Shown here: in pieces, positions 31,383 through 32,000 of the stretch
Position numbering within the stretch: position 1 is the first letter of the stretch
Layout: the number at the start of each line of letters is the position of its first letter
Source: Longivirga aurantiaca
Lineage (GTDB): Bacteria; Actinomycetota; Actinomycetes; S36-B12; CAIYMF01
Length of the DNA: 32,000 nt
Reading direction: 5' to 3'
NCBI RefSeq assembly: GCF_042660085.1
Contig: NZ_JBHSTI010000008.1
Location: forward strand, 1,599,876-1,631,875
The notes under the pieces: generated by a model
Database searches by the model: none
What the model was told of the DNA's origin: nothing
The model's input: only the letters and a program-made list of their open reading frames with translations
Program-made: the position numbers and the translations under genes

Positions 31383-32000
31383 TCACGTGGCGGTGACCGT
31401 CCCGGTAACGAGCAGCAGCATGATGGCCAAGCCGAGCACGATGCGGTAGATCACGAACGGTCGGTACGAGTGCGTGGTGATGTAGCGCAGCAGCCACGCG
31501 ATCACGGCGTACCCCACGACGAAGGCGATGCCCGTGGCCACGAGGGTCGGGCCCCAGGCGACCTCGCCGCCCTCACCGATCTTCCGTGCCTCGAACAGGC
31601 CCGACGCGAGCACCGCCGGGATCGCGAGCAGGAAGGCATAGCGCGTGGCCGCCTCGCGGGTGAACCCGAGGAAGAGCCCGGCCGAGATCGTGGCACCCGA
31701 GCGCGAGACGCCGGGGATCAGCGCCAGCGCCTGGCCCACACCGAACAGGATCCCCGAACGGACGTCGAGATCGGAGATCTCCCGCGTCTTGCGTCCGTAG
31801 CGGTCAGCGACCCCGAGGATGATGCCGAACACCACGAGCACGACGGAGACGAGCCAGAGGTTGCGGGCCGCTCCCGAGATGACGTCGCGGAGCAGGAAGC
31901 CGATGAGCGCGATCGGGATGGTCCCCACGATCACGTACCAGCCCATGCGGGCGTCGACGTGCCCCCGAAGCTCCGGACGGACGAGGGAGCGAGCCCAGGT
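31383..32000 (-). CDS. uppP: Undecaprenyl-diphosphatase UppP/BacA (partial, runs off the window end)
   Basis: GVGQALALIPGVSRSGATISAGLFLGFTREAATRYAFLLAIPAVLASGL; reading frame stays open to 32000 (TWARSLVRPELRGHVDARMGWYVIVGTIPIALIG). Confidence 0.95.
   Translation of the reverse strand, partial: TWARSLVRPELRGHVDARMGWYVIVGTIPIALIGFLLRDVISGAARNLWLVSVVLVVFGIILGVADRYGRKTREISDLDVRSGILFGVGQALALIPGVSRSGATISAGLFLGFTREAATRYAFLLAIPAVLASGLFEARKIGEGGEVAWGPTLVATGIAFVVGYAVIAWLLRYITTHSYRPFVIYRIVLGLAIMLLLVTGTVTAT

Overview
GC-rich actinobacterial chromosomal DNA. I see no mobile element, CRISPR array, rRNA or tRNA. The left half is the Pup-proteasome region. On the minus strand it runs trmI, arc/mpa ATPase, dop, pup, prcB, prcA, pafA, a lipoprotein FKBP, a cytosolic FKBP, pafB, pafC, a small zinc-ribbon protein, tatA and tatC (partial). 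One small lipoprotein gene sits on the plus strand within it. The right half carries an M50 site-2 protease with CBS domains, a RecB-like nuclease, an ABC transporter (ATPase plus FtsX-like permease), a HAD phosphatase overlapping metH, a PAC2-family protein, pgi, a short-form 6-phosphogluconate dehydrogenase, and mshC. These are followed by an SCO1664-type kinase-like protein, DUF3090, a phosphomutase-like protein, corA and uppP (partial). From memory, the gene order resembles M. tuberculosis Rv2093c-Rv2136c and the Streptomyces metH-mshC-SCO1664 region, so most of it is a known conserved neighbourhood and not a new system. The items most worth a second look are: (1) start codons lying exactly 6 nt after a TANNNT -10-like hexamer at several genes, suggesting widespread leaderless transcription; (2) hairpins and -10 elements that appear to split the proteasome locus into separate transcription units; (3) a perfect 24-bp inverted repeat between two convergent genes; (4) the uncharacterised kinase-like/DUF3090/phosphomutase cassette next to mshC; and (5) a PAC2-family protein in the same neighbourhood as the bacterial 20S proteasome genes.
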